Counted from the stretch's first letter, positions 51,209 through 61,615 are shown. The stretch is 64,000 nucleotides of DNA from Pontiella sp. (GCA_050290185.1 JBNKHE010000007.1:184108-248107); one strand, 5' to 3'. The notes: generated from the sequence alone by a model not told the origin. Program-made: numbers and translations.

Positions 51209-52892
51209 ACGTCTCCTGCTCGTCCCGCTGTTGCTCGTTGTTCTGGCCATCGTGGTGCTGGGCATGCGCATTGCCTATCCCTATCACCGGTTGACGGCGT
51301 TTATCCTGCTGGGACTTGGCTGGATCCCGTTGATCGTGTCGTACCGGATCAACTACCGACTGTTGCACGTCCAGAAACGGATCATCAGGAAAAAAACCAA
51401 ACCCTTCCTGCCGCATGCGGTGGTGGCGATTATTCTGCTCGTGGCGTTCTACGTGGCCGGGGTACTCGTTCCCGTCGAAAACAGCCCCTTGGCCGGCTTG
51501 TCGCCCGAAGAGCTGCGCGCGGAGATAACGGAAGATCTCGGCAGCTACATCATGCTGCGCAGAGCGGCCGATGATTTGGTCCGCGAATTCTCCGGGTCAC
51601 ATCTGCTGGAACGGCAGGTGGATAACCTGACGCAGGAAGAGCGCGCTAAAATACGATCCCTCTGGCGCGATGGTGTAATGGCGTTTCTTGAATTCGATTT
51701 GCTTAAGGAAAAATATCGCAGCTTCCATCAAATCGACTATGTCGCCGAACCGCAACTTCATGCCGATGCATTCATGCTGGCGTATATGGCCTATGTCACT
51801 CAATACAACGCCTGTCTTCAGATTGTCGGCATGGTGGACAACAGCGACTTTATGGAAACGCTTCTGAACGAAGAGGGGGAAGGCATTCCGGTGGACAGCT
51901 ACTTTGTCATGAAGCAGCGACTGACCCATCCCAACGTCATGCTGCGCATGAACGCAGGCGCTGCCTATCGGGAATTGATCAAGAACGACGCGACCTTCGA
52001 TGCCGGAATCATAGACGACTTCCTGCAGCGGAAAAACAACTTCTACCATACACTAGGGAAGCAGGCGGACATCTTCATCGAAAATCCGTTGGATCACCTG
52101 GAACGGGCGGCATTTGAAACCCTGCTTCCGGTACAGAAAAAAGTGGCCGTGCAAATGAGCTACATCCGCACGGCCCGCCGTGACTATCTCATTACCCCGG
52201 AAATACTGGCGAAATACCAGCCGAAGCTTCAGCCGGGAGATATCCTTATTCAGCGCCGCAACTGGCATATGACGAATATCGGCATCCCGGGCTTTTGGCC
52301 GCATGTGGCGTTGTATGTCGGTACGCCTTCCGAATTTGAAGCTTATTTTAGTGACCAGGAAAATGATCCGCTCGAAGCCATGCAGGCCCGCTATGCCGAC
52401 GTGCTGAACGATTGGAAAGAAGCCGATGCCGACGGTTATCCGATCAGGGTGATTGAAGCGATTCGTCCCGGCGTGGTCTTCCAGTCGCTGGAGACGAGTG
52501 CCAGATGTGACTACCTCGGTGTCATTCGACCCAACCTTTCCAAGGCCGAAAAGTTCGAGGCCCTGATGGCGGCGTTTTCAAATTACGGAAAACCGTATGA
52601 TCTCAATTTTGACTTTACGACCGATAACGAACTGGTCTGCTCCGAACTGGTCTACAAGGGCTACAAGGCCGCTGCGAACCTGCCGTTCGAACCGGACATC
52701 ATCAACGGCCGCCTGCTGCTGCCTCCGAACCTTTTGGCGGAAGAGGCTGTAGAGCACATGGGTAAGGACGATGCTTTCAGTTTTGTCCTGTTTCTGGATG
52801 CCATCGAAAAAAGCAATACGGTGGTGGTTGGTGATGAGGCCGCGTTCAGGCACAGCTGGCAACGGCCCAAATGGGATGTGATGCAGAAGTAG
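51195..52892 (+). CDS. Membrane-anchored permuted papain-like (YiiX/YebB, NlpC/P60) enzyme
   Basis: N-terminal TMs; LQPGDILI, PGFWPHVALY, GKPYD, LVCSELV. Confidence 0.82.
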   Translation: MLKNKRLLLVPLLLVVLAIVVLGMRIAYPYHRLTAFILLGLGWIPLIVSYRINYRLLHVQKRIIRKKTKPFLPHAVVAIILLVAFYVAGVLVPVENSPLAGLSPEELRAEITEDLGSYIMLRRAADDLVREFSGSHLLERQVDNLTQEERAKIRSLWRDGVMAFLEFDLLKEKYRSFHQIDYVAEPQLHADAFMLAYMAYVTQYNACLQIVGMVDNSDFMETLLNEEGEGIPVDSYFVMKQRLTHPNVMLRMNAGAAYRELIKNDATFDAGIIDDFLQRKNNFYHTLGKQADIFIENPLDHLERAAFETLLPVQKKVAVQMSYIRTARRDYLITPEILAKYQPKLQPGDILIQRRNWHMTNIGIPGFWPHVALYVGTPSEFEAYFSDQENDPLEAMQARYADVLNDWKEADADGYPIRVIEAIRPGVVFQSLETSARCDYLGVIRPNLSKAEKFEALMAAFSNYGKPYDLNFDFTTDNELVCSELVYKGYKAAANLPFEPDIINGRLLLPPNLLAEEAVEHMGKDDAFSFVLFLDAIEKSNTVVVGDEAAFRHSWQRPKWDVMQK

Positions 52893-53210
52893 TATTTGTT
52901 CCAGTACCAAGCTTTTCTTGCATTTATGGCAAGGGGGCCTGCTCTCCTAAAAGAGGAGGGAAGCTGTACGTACCGCACTGCTATCACTCTGTTTCGATCC
53001 GCCGGACTCGTCCTTGCCGGCCTGCTTGGCCAACCGGATACGTTTGACTCCGGAACTGCGAATGGGTCAAGCGGCTATGCGAGCGTTGTAAATGTTTCAG
53101 GAAACGGCCCCGGAGGGGCGGGCGATGGCAAACGCGCCTCAAGCATAGCGGGTGGTGATCGCATCCAATGCTTCGGGGCCGGCCGAGCCGGCCGATTCCA
53201 CCCGGTTCCG

Positions 53211-53795
53211 CTACAGTTCCTCGATCGGAATCACAGCAAGTATTTCCCGCTCGGTTTTTCCGAGGCGGCCCGTTTCGATCCATTCTTCAATGGCGCCAAG
53301 TGCAGCCTGCGCATCGTTCATGCGTTCCTCGATTGCATCGTAATCAACCTTTTTTAAATCGTCGGAATTCCTGATTTCAACCAGATGCAAATCGCCCAAA
53401 GCATTGCGGCCAACATGGTGCAACAGCTGACCCAGCACCTGGGTCGCCAGACGTGCATCGTCATCCGGCAGGCGGGCGAGCAGCTGGTCGCAAAAATAGG
53501 CGTAGCAGATCGGCGGGCGGCCGTATTCGAGCGAACAGCCGCCCTGATCAAGCCAGCCATAGCGATCATCCAGATCCTTCGCGTCGAGCTCCTGCCGTTT
53601 CAGCAGGCGCGAGAGAAATGCGCTTTCGAGGGCCTCTTCGCAGATATCCACCCGGCAGCAGCAGGCCGTGCACATGCCGCACATATCGCTGCAGAGATCG
53701 GCCATCAGTTCCCGGACAGTGCTTTCGAGTTCAATATAGGGGTGAAGGAGTGATTCGATTGAGTTCATGCCGCGCATCCTATCTTGTTTAGACAA
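53211..53795 (-). CDS. Cys-rich hypothetical protein (YkgJ-like CxxCxxCC)
   Basis: CGMCTACCC...GCSL...RPPICYAYFC; start uncertain. Confidence 0.65.
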   Translation of the reverse strand: MSKQDRMRGMNSIESLLHPYIELESTVRELMADLCSDMCGMCTACCCRVDICEEALESAFLSRLLKRQELDAKDLDDRYGWLDQGGCSLEYGRPPICYAYFCDQLLARLPDDDARLATQVLGQLLHHVGRNALGDLHLVEIRNSDDLKKVDYDAIEERMNDAQAALGAIEEWIETGRLGKTEREILAVIPIEEL

Positions 53796-53943
53796 GGAAT
53801 CAATATTATGGCGACCGAGATATTTCTTGTCATCACCTTGGGGTGGGGTAGGGTCGAATCTTTCCTGAGGAATCGGCTGCGGCAGATTGCAAGGGATCTT
53901 TTAAATCATTCTGAAGGTTTCGTAAATCGGAACGGAGGAGTCC

Positions 53944-54201
53944 ATGGGAAAGCGTCTTGGTTTTGTCGGCCTTATAATCGAAGACCGCGCTAAAAACGCG
54001 GCAATTGTAAATACGCTGTTGTCCGAATTCGGCGATATCATTCTTGCCCGCACCGGGGTTCCGTGCCCCGAACGCAACTGTTCTGCCATCACACTCGTCA
54101 TCGATGCCTCCACCGATCAGCTCGGTTCCCTGACCGGGAAACTCGGTCGCATCCAAGGCGTATCCGTTAAATCGATGCTGAGCAAAATTCAACAGGCTTG
54201 A
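53944..54201 (+). CDS. TM1266-family ACT-like protein of [FeFe]-hydrogenase maturation loci
   Basis: GGAGG RBS; VNTLLSE...ARTGVP...LTGKLGRI; first gene of the hyd operon. Confidence 0.85.
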   Translation: MGKRLGFVGLIIEDRAKNAAIVNTLLSEFGDIILARTGVPCPERNCSAITLVIDASTDQLGSLTGKLGRIQGVSVKSMLSKIQQA

Positions 54202-54250
54202 TTCCCGTCAAGGTTTGTTAACGGAACCCGAGTATTCTGTGGATCACATT

Positions 54251-55579
54251 ATGGAAACGAGAACCGAAAAAGATTTTCTGGGCGAAAAGCAACTTTCAGC
54301 CAACGCGCCCTATGGAATACACACTGCCCGGGCTTTGGAAAATTTCCCCATTCCCGGAGATACCGTTTCGGCTGAGCTGATTGCTTCAGTGATTCTCGTG
54401 AAGAAGGCTTGCGCCCTCGCCAATAAGGAACTGGGATATCTATCTGCCGACAAGGCAGATGCCATCGTCGCCTCCTGCGATACGGTCGCCGATGTTCCAT
54501 GCCCGTTGTCCGCCTTGCAGGGTGGGGCAGGCACCTCAACCAACATGTTCGTGAATGAACTCATTGCCCATCAGGCAGGTGAGGGAATTCATCCCATCGA
54601 AGATGTGAACCTGCATCAGTCCACCAACGATGTCTATCCGACGGCCGTAAAAGTGGCGGCCATCAGCGGCCTGCGTAAACTGGCTTCTGAAATAGAAACC
54701 TTGCAAGGGGTATTCCAGCGGCTTGAAAAAGAGTTTGCGCATATCCCCACGATCGGAAAAACCGAACTGGTGGATGCCGTTCCGTTGACGCTGGGAGCGG
54801 AGTTCGGAGCGTTTGCCGAGGCGTTTGCGCGCGACCGTTGGCGTACCTTCAAATGCGAAGAACGCTTGCGGGTCATCAACCTCGGAGGAACGGCCGTTGG
54901 AACCGGCCTGACGGCACCGCGCAGCTATATTTTTCTAGCTTCCGATAAGCTGCGCGAGGTGACTGGGTTCGGTCTCAGTCGCGGGGAAAACCTGATTGAT
55001 CAAACCGCCAATGCCGATGCGTTCGTTGAAGTATCCGGCATTCTTAAAGCGAGTGCCACCAACCTGCTCAAGATTTGCGGCGATCTGCGGTTGCTGCACA
55101 TGAACCGCCAGATCAAGTTGCCCGCCGTGCAGGCCGGATCCTCAATCATGCCAGGCAAGGTAAATCCCGTTATCCTGGAGAGTGTGATGCAGATCGCCAT
55201 CAAGGTGCAGGCCAATGATTTTATAGTTGCCGAATGTGCATCCCGTGGCTCGTTGCAGATTAACGAGTTTATGCCGTTGCTCGCATCAGCCCTTTTGGAG
55301 TCGATGGAATTGCTGGGGACCGCCGCCAAGATGCTGTCCAGGCACGCCGGGGACATCAAGGCCGATGAAGTGGAGTGCGAACGTCAGTTTAACGCATCGC
55401 TTGAGATCGTGACCGCATTCCTTCCGAAGATTGGATATGACCGCGCCACAGAACTGGTCGAAACCTTCAAGAAAACGGGTAGAACAGATTTTAGAAACTA
55501 TCTCGAAAATGAACTGGGTGTTGAGCTGGTTGAGCAAACGCTCGCACCGCAAAACCTAATGGCCCTGGGACACCGCTAA
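54251..55579 (+). CDS. aspA: Aspartate ammonia-lyase (fumarase/aspartase superfamily)
   Basis: EKDFLG, QGGAGTSTNM, QSTND, GSSIMPGKVNP. Confidence 0.9.
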   Translation: METRTEKDFLGEKQLSANAPYGIHTARALENFPIPGDTVSAELIASVILVKKACALANKELGYLSADKADAIVASCDTVADVPCPLSALQGGAGTSTNMFVNELIAHQAGEGIHPIEDVNLHQSTNDVYPTAVKVAAISGLRKLASEIETLQGVFQRLEKEFAHIPTIGKTELVDAVPLTLGAEFGAFAEAFARDRWRTFKCEERLRVINLGGTAVGTGLTAPRSYIFLASDKLREVTGFGLSRGENLIDQTANADAFVEVSGILKASATNLLKICGDLRLLHMNRQIKLPAVQAGSSIMPGKVNPVILESVMQIAIKVQANDFIVAECASRGSLQINEFMPLLASALLESMELLGTAAKMLSRHAGDIKADEVECERQFNASLEIVTAFLPKIGYDRATELVETFKKTGRTDFRNYLENELGVELVEQTLAPQNLMALGHR

Positions 55580-56799
55580 TGCAAACCGCACCAAAAAGTC
55601 TACGACTGCACATCGCCTTGTTCGGCCGCACGAATGTCGGCAAATCGAGTTTTCTGAATCTGGTGGCGGGGCAGGATGTCTCGATTGTTTCGGAGCAGGC
55701 GGGCACCACGACGGATGTGGTCGAAAAAACGATGGAGCTGCTGCCGATCGGACCGGTGGTTTTTCTCGATACGGCCGGTCTCGATGACACGACTGCGCTA
55801 GGAGAAAAACGCGTTGGTCGCACCGAAAAGGTGTTTGATCGCGCCGATGTGATTCTGCTCTTGCACGAAGGCGACCGGATAACCGAGTTTGAACGGTCGG
55901 TTGAGGCCAAGGCCCATGCTAAAAAAATTCCTGTTGTTCATATTGCCAACAAGATTGATCAGATGGATAGGTCGGATAGGTCGGAACTGACCAATCTGAG
56001 CGTTAACTCGACCGACCTTGCATCCCGCGACAAAGTGCTGGCTTCGTTGAAGGCTGAAATCCTGCGCGTTTGTCCGGACGGGTTTATCAGTCCGCCACCG
56101 CTGATGGGCGATTTGGTAAAGCCGGGCGGGGTGGCCGTACTGGTGGTGCCGATCGATCTGCAGGCGCCGAAGGGCCGGCTGATCCTTCCGCAGGTTTCAA
56201 CCATTCGCGATGCGTTAGACAACGATGCTGCAACGCTGGTTTGCAAGGAGCGTGAATATGCCCGCATGCTCTCCATACTGACGCAGCAACCGGACATCGC
56301 TATTTGTGATTCGCAAATGGTACTGAAGATGGTGGCCGATACCCCGCCCGATATACCATGCACGACCTTCTCGATCCTGTTTGCCCGGCTGAAAGGCGAC
56401 TTGCGAAAGTTTGCCATCGGTGCGGCTGCGATCGAAAAACTGGAGCCGGGTGACAGGGTGCTGATTGCCGAGTCCTGCAGTCATCATGCATTGGAGGATG
56501 ATATCGGCCGGGTGAAAATTCCGCGGTGGCTCCGGCAGTATGTGGGCATCGATCTGGAGATCGATGTTTGTGCCGGGCGGGATTTTCCGGATAACCTGTC
56601 GGACTACAAGCTCGCTGTGCAGTGCGGCGGATGCATGCAAAACCGCCGGGAAGTGCTTTCGCGCATTGAAAAATGCGAGGCGGCCGGGGTGCCGATCACG
56701 AATTACGGGCTTTGCATATCCCATACCCAGGGCGTGTTAAAAAGGGTCTTATCTCCATTCCCTGCCGCGCTGGATGCTTATGAAGAGGAAATGAAATGA
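55579..56799 (+). CDS. hydF: [FeFe]-hydrogenase maturation GTPase
   Basis: GRTNVGKSS, DTAG, NKID, APKGRLILPQ, ESCSHH, CGGC, TNYG. Confidence 0.95.
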   Translation: MQTAPKSLRLHIALFGRTNVGKSSFLNLVAGQDVSIVSEQAGTTTDVVEKTMELLPIGPVVFLDTAGLDDTTALGEKRVGRTEKVFDRADVILLLHEGDRITEFERSVEAKAHAKKIPVVHIANKIDQMDRSDRSELTNLSVNSTDLASRDKVLASLKAEILRVCPDGFISPPPLMGDLVKPGGVAVLVVPIDLQAPKGRLILPQVSTIRDALDNDAATLVCKEREYARMLSILTQQPDIAICDSQMVLKMVADTPPDIPCTTFSILFARLKGDLRKFAIGAAAIEKLEPGDRVLIAESCSHHALEDDIGRVKIPRWLRQYVGIDLEIDVCAGRDFPDNLSDYKLAVQCGGCMQNRREVLSRIEKCEAAGVPITNYGLCISHTQGVLKRVLSPFPAALDAYEEEMK

Positions 56800-58223
56800 A
56801 ACGTGGATTGCCACAGATAGATGTCGATGGTTTGACGAGCTTTATCCCGGAAAATGAGATTTTTGGGTGGTTGGAAAAAACGAAGAATCCATCAGCGGAA
56901 CGGGTGCGTGAAATTATACAGCGCTCGCTGGACAAAAACCGGCTTGAACCGGAGGAGATGGCAACGCTCATCAATGCCGATTCCCCGGAATTGGTAGAGG
57001 AAATTTTTGCGGGCGCCCGCGAACTGAAGAAACGTATTTACGGAAATCGCATCGTGCTGTTTGCACCGCTGTATGTTGGGAACGAATGCGTGAACAAGTG
57101 CGAGTATTGCGGCTTCCGCGTGGATAACACGGAGGTGCATCGTAAAACCCTGTTGAGCGAAGAGCTGGTTGCCGAGGTGGAGGCGCTGGAGGATCAGGGA
57201 CACAAGCGGTTGATCATGGTTTATGGCGAGCACCCGAAATATGATGCGCAATACATCCACGACACGGTACAGGAAGTCTACAAGGTTAAAAAAGGACCGG
57301 GGGAAATCCGCCGTGTAAATATCAATGCGGCCCCGCTGGATGTGGATGGTTTCAAACTCGTCAAGGAGGCGGGAATCGGCACCTACCAGATCTTCCAGGA
57401 AACCTACCATCGCGAAACCTATGAACGGGTACATGCAGCAGGGCCAAAATCAAACTTTCTCTGGCGTCTGCACGGTCTGGACCGTGCGATGGCGGCAGGG
57501 ATCGACGATCTCGGTATCGGGGCATTGCTCGGCCTGTCCGACTGGCGCTTCGAGACGATGGCATTGCTGTACCACACGATCCATCTGGAGGAGACATTCA
57601 ATGTCGGTCCACACACGATCTCCTTTCCCCGCCTGGAGCCAGCGGTCGGTACGGATATCGATAAGATTACCGAAAAGTGGGCGGTTTCGGACTATGATTT
57701 CAAACGGCTCGTGGCCATTCTGCGTTTAGCCGTTCCCTATACCGGATTGATTCTTACCTGCCGCGAGACGACGGAATTGCGCAACGAAATGTTGTCGTTT
57801 GGTGTGAGCCAGATCGATGGCGGATCGAGCATCGGCGTGGGCTCCTATTCGGGTGATGATCAGGAGACGTTCAAAAAAAGCCAATTCCTGTTGGGCGATA
57901 ACCGCAGTCTCGATGAGATTATCAGGGAACTGTGCGATGCCGGCTTTATTCCTTCGTTCTGCACGGGTTGCTACCGGAAGGGGCGGACCGGCGAGCATTT
58001 CATGGAATTTGCCATTCCGGGTTTTGTGAAACGGTTCTGCACGCCCAATGCAGTACTGACCTTTCTGGAATACCTCAACGACTATGCCTCGGGAGATACC
58101 TTGGAGGCCGGGCTACAGCAAATTGACCGCGAGTTATCCACGATGCCGGAAAGCAAGGCCAAGGAAGAGTTGAAGCAACGGATGGCGCAGGTGCGCGCCG
58201 GGGAACGCGATTTGTATTTTTAA
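56796..58223 (+). CDS. hydG: [FeFe]-hydrogenase radical SAM maturase
   Basis: FAPLY..N.CVNKCEYC; GPHTISFPR; C-terminal CTGCYR...FC; GERDLYF. Confidence 0.95.
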   Translation: MKRGLPQIDVDGLTSFIPENEIFGWLEKTKNPSAERVREIIQRSLDKNRLEPEEMATLINADSPELVEEIFAGARELKKRIYGNRIVLFAPLYVGNECVNKCEYCGFRVDNTEVHRKTLLSEELVAEVEALEDQGHKRLIMVYGEHPKYDAQYIHDTVQEVYKVKKGPGEIRRVNINAAPLDVDGFKLVKEAGIGTYQIFQETYHRETYERVHAAGPKSNFLWRLHGLDRAMAAGIDDLGIGALLGLSDWRFETMALLYHTIHLEETFNVGPHTISFPRLEPAVGTDIDKITEKWAVSDYDFKRLVAILRLAVPYTGLILTCRETTELRNEMLSFGVSQIDGGSSIGVGSYSGDDQETFKKSQFLLGDNRSLDEIIRELCDAGFIPSFCTGCYRKGRTGEHFMEFAIPGFVKRFCTPNAVLTFLEYLNDYASGDTLEAGLQQIDRELSTMPESKAKEELKQRMAQVRAGERDLYF

Positions 58224-58243
58224 ATCTGATGGATGGGACGGAT

Positions 58244-59338
58244 ATGATCGATAAAATTTTGGCAAAGGCTAGGCGGAAAGAAGAGCTTTCGTTGGAGGAG
58301 ATCACGGCGCTGCTGTCGGTCACGGACAAGGATGAACTGCAGGCGCTCTATGATTGCGCCTATTTCATCAAGGAACAGTATGTAGGCCGGATTGCCTACT
58401 TCCGCGGCATCATTGAATGCAGCAATATATGTATCAAGGATTGCTACTACTGTGGTATCCGGCGCAGCAATACGAACGTTGAACGCTTCCTGATGGATGA
58501 GGAAGAGATTTTCAAGGAAGCCTTATGGGCCTATGAGGCCGAGTACGGCTCCTGTGTCATCCAGTCCGGCGAACGGCAGGACGCGGAATACATCGCGATG
58601 ATAGAGCGGGTTGTGGGCCGGATTTCAAATAAGACCAACGGCGAACTGGGCATAACACTTTCGCTCGGGGAGCAGAAAGAGGATACCTATCGGCGTTGGA
58701 AGGATGCCGGGGCGCACCGCTATCTCCTGCGCATTGAAACCACGAATCCGGACCTATATGCCCGTATCCATCCGGCCGATCATAGCATCGAAACGCGAAT
58801 GGAATGCCTGGCGGCCTTGAGACGGTGTGGCTATCAGGTGGGGACCGGCGTTATGATGGGACTTCCCGGACAGTCCATGGAAGATCTGGCGCGGGACATT
58901 CTATTTCTGAAGCAGATAGATATCGATATGGTCGGCATGGGGCCGTATATCCCGCATTCCGATACGCCAATGGGGCTGGAAGTACCGCCCTATACCGATG
59001 AGCAGAAAAAGGATGCGCTGACACTCGGACTCAAAATGATTGCGGTGACACGCATCGTGCTGAAAGACATCAATATTGCTGCCGCAACGGCGTTGCAGGC
59101 GCTTGAATATACCGGTCGGGAGCAGGGGCTTCGGTGCGGAGCCAATGTCATCATGCCAAATGTGACCGAAACGAGCTATCGTTCAAGCTACCAGCTCTAT
59201 GATAACAAGCCGTGCCTGGATGAAAACTCATCCATGTGCCGGGGGTGTCTGAGCGGCCGTATCAAGGGTATCGGGGAATCGATCGGTTTCAATGAGCGTG
59301 GAGATTCCCTGCACTTCAGGAAGCGGACGGCTGAGTAG
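58244..59338 (+). CDS. hydE: [FeFe]-hydrogenase radical SAM maturase
   Basis: RGIIE.SNICIKDCYYCG, YLLRIET, GANVIMPN, YQLY. Confidence 0.93.
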   Translation: MIDKILAKARRKEELSLEEITALLSVTDKDELQALYDCAYFIKEQYVGRIAYFRGIIECSNICIKDCYYCGIRRSNTNVERFLMDEEEIFKEALWAYEAEYGSCVIQSGERQDAEYIAMIERVVGRISNKTNGELGITLSLGEQKEDTYRRWKDAGAHRYLLRIETTNPDLYARIHPADHSIETRMECLAALRRCGYQVGTGVMMGLPGQSMEDLARDILFLKQIDIDMVGMGPYIPHSDTPMGLEVPPYTDEQKKDALTLGLKMIAVTRIVLKDINIAAATALQALEYTGREQGLRCGANVIMPNVTETSYRSSYQLYDNKPCLDENSSMCRGCLSGRIKGIGESIGFNERGDSLHFRKRTAE

Positions 59339-59341
59339 GGG

Positions 59342-59773
59342 CTACTTGGCTTTTTCCCAGACAATGACGCCGGGGGGAGTCTCGGCTTCGTTTTCCTGAT
59401 CCGAGGTCTGCTGTACTTCGCTCTCATCAGTTTGGGAGCGCTCTTTCGGTTCAAGAAGATGGTTGATTCCATCAATGGTAATACCGAGGAGAATGACGAT
59501 CATGGCGTAGAGGTGGAGGGTCGACATCGTCTGCAACTCCATGAAACGGACAAAGCTGAGCGGCGTTAAGGCCATAACCAGAGCCATGCGGCTGAATGGA
59601 AAGCGTCTGGCCATGCCGCCCAGCATCAGGGCGATGGTGCAGCCCACCACCACCAGAGCCAATACAACAATGAGCCCGCTCAGGAACTCGCTGACCATTT
59701 CATCGCTGATCGAAAAATACATACTCGTTTTAAAACCGGGGTTTGTTCGTTTTACCGTTGAAAGAGGAGTCAC
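59342..59773 (-). CDS. Hypothetical membrane protein (start uncertain)
   Basis: Three hydrophobic helices, acidic tail. Confidence 0.6.
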   Translation of the reverse strand: MTPLSTVKRTNPGFKTSMYFSISDEMVSEFLSGLIVVLALVVVGCTIALMLGGMARRFPFSRMALVMALTPLSFVRFMELQTMSTLHLYAMIVILLGITIDGINHLLEPKERSQTDESEVQQTSDQENEAETPPGVIVWEKAK

Positions 59774-59884
59774 GCTACCATTCCGCCAAACCCAATATCC
59801 AGCCTAAACCAACTCTCTGGTTTCAGCGCTTCCCAAGGGATTGAACATGCTGCATACTGGCACCCGTTTATTGGAGGATTTTGT

Positions 59885-61051
59885 GTGATTGTTTTGCTTC
59901 TGATTGTCGCGCTGGTACTTATGTTTGTTGTTTTGGTGGTTCAGCTGACCGGAAATGCCCGTCAGAATACGCGGCTGGATGAGTTCAATAGCCGTGTTGG
60001 AACGCTGACGGAACAGGGCGACACGCGCATCCAGCGCCTTGAAGACATCTTCAGGGGGCTGGAGAAGGATCTTCGCGCGGACGTCGAGGGGGTTCGACAG
60101 AAGGTCGATGAATCGCTCGAAAAGAACGCGCGCCAATTGGGGGAACGGGTCAAGGAGCTGATCGATACCAATGAAAGACGGCTGGGAGAGATCAGCGGGA
60201 AGGTCGAGGAACGTCTCGATAAGGGCTTTGAAAAAACCACCACGGTTTTTGCGGATGTGCTCAAGCGGTTGGCTTTGATTGATAAAGCCCAGGAAAAAAT
60301 AGCCGAGCTTTCGGGCAATGTGGTTTCCCTGCAGGAGGTGCTGTCCGACAAACGCTCTCGCGGAGCCTTCGGCGAGGTTCAGCTCTCCGCCCTGATTTCC
60401 AATATGATGCCGGAAAACAGCTACTCGCTTCAGCATACCTTCGACAACGGCGTGCGCGCCGACTGCGTACTCTTTCTTCCAGAACCGACCGGGACGGTTT
60501 GCATCGACTCCAAATTCCCGCTCGAAAGCTATCAGCGCATGACGGATTCGACGTTGGGCGACGCCGACCGGAAAACCGCAGAACAGCAGTTCCGCCAGGA
60601 CATCAAGAAGCACATCAAGGATATCTCATCCAAGTACATCATTCCCGGCCAAACCTCCGATGGCGCGGTGATGTTTATTCCGGCCGAGGCGGTCTTTGCC
60701 GAAATCCACGGCCACTATCCCGATCTGGTCGAAGAAGCTCAGAACGCCCGCGTCTGGCTGGCATCACCCACTACGATGATGGCGGTGCTGACCACCTCGC
60801 GTGCGGTGCTGAAAGATGCCGCTACACGTAAACAGATCCATATCATCCAGGAGCATTTGGTTGCCCTGTCGAAGGACTTCGGTCGCTTCCAGAATCGTAT
60901 GGACAAGCTCGCCACGCATATCGGGCAGGCCCACAAGGATGTTGGCGACGTGCAGGTCTCCGCCAAAAAAATATCCTCCCGCTTCACCAAGATCGAGCAG
61001 GTGGAACTGGAGGGCGAAGGCTTCGATGAATTGGACAAACCGGATTCCTGA
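59885..61051 (+). CDS. rmuC: DNA recombination protein RmuC
   Basis: N-terminal TM, coiled coil, RGAFGE, IDSKFP, KYI, FIPAE, SPTT. Confidence 0.93.
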   Translation: MIVLLLIVALVLMFVVLVVQLTGNARQNTRLDEFNSRVGTLTEQGDTRIQRLEDIFRGLEKDLRADVEGVRQKVDESLEKNARQLGERVKELIDTNERRLGEISGKVEERLDKGFEKTTTVFADVLKRLALIDKAQEKIAELSGNVVSLQEVLSDKRSRGAFGEVQLSALISNMMPENSYSLQHTFDNGVRADCVLFLPEPTGTVCIDSKFPLESYQRMTDSTLGDADRKTAEQQFRQDIKKHIKDISSKYIIPGQTSDGAVMFIPAEAVFAEIHGHYPDLVEEAQNARVWLASPTTMMAVLTTSRAVLKDAATRKQIHIIQEHLVALSKDFGRFQNRMDKLATHIGQAHKDVGDVQVSAKKISSRFTKIEQVELEGEGFDELDKPDS

Positions 61052-61140
61052 TACATCCAAATGAAATGGTTTTCTCTAAATTGTAAAACCGCTGGTATGC
61101 GCAGCGGCCGCATTCTTGCGGACAAGCGTAGCGCAGTCCG

Positions 61141-61229
61141 CAAGAACGTTACGAGTGACCCGCTTGGGAATCAGACTCTGCCTTCAAAAACGGGCGTTGT
61201 CCAAGTAGGGGCTACTCGCTGGTTAGAAT
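61141..61229 (-). repeat. attC site 1 (divergent family member)
   Basis: Minus: ATTCTAAC-cagcgagt...actcgtaac-GTTCTTG. Confidence 0.8.
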
Positions 61230-61231
61230 TT

Positions 61232-61600
61232 TTATTTTTCTTTTTTATATGCCGTACCAATCAAGGTAATTGCATTAGGAACTCCCTGACTCGCATATTC
61301 GCCATAGCCAGATCCTTGCTGTCCGATTTGCTCATGTTCAATAATCACAATGTCAGCATCCATTGATGCTGCTTTATTTCTTAATATATTCCTACAGCCA
61401 ATGATATTGAGATCTGGCGAACGGAAATTGGAACCAAGTTTTGCGCTCACGGGACCGAGTTCCTCATAGTCATAAACGCTTTCGCCCTCAGGGAATGATT
61501 TTATCAACAAAACATCTTTTCCATCATCTGATAGTTGAACTGGTACAGAGGTACAACCAATCAAAATAATACTAATCAAAAACAATATACTCTTTCTCAT
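61232..61600 (-). CDS. Cassette lipoprotein (DUF4156-like)
   Basis: MRKSILFLISIILIG|C lipobox; LRNKAA.M.AD...GTAYK. Confidence 0.75.
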   Translation of the reverse strand: MRKSILFLISIILIGCTSVPVQLSDDGKDVLLIKSFPEGESVYDYEELGPVSAKLGSNFRSPDLNIIGCRNILRNKAASMDADIVIIEHEQIGQQGSGYGEYASQGVPNAITLIGTAYKKEK

Positions 61601-61615
61601 ATTTTTTTTCTTTCT

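Noticed and set aside
52896..53357. 153-aa Gly-rich ORF and the opposite 99-aa ORF
   Set aside because: Both overlap the Cys-rich gene and have no recognisable motif; cannot be supported.
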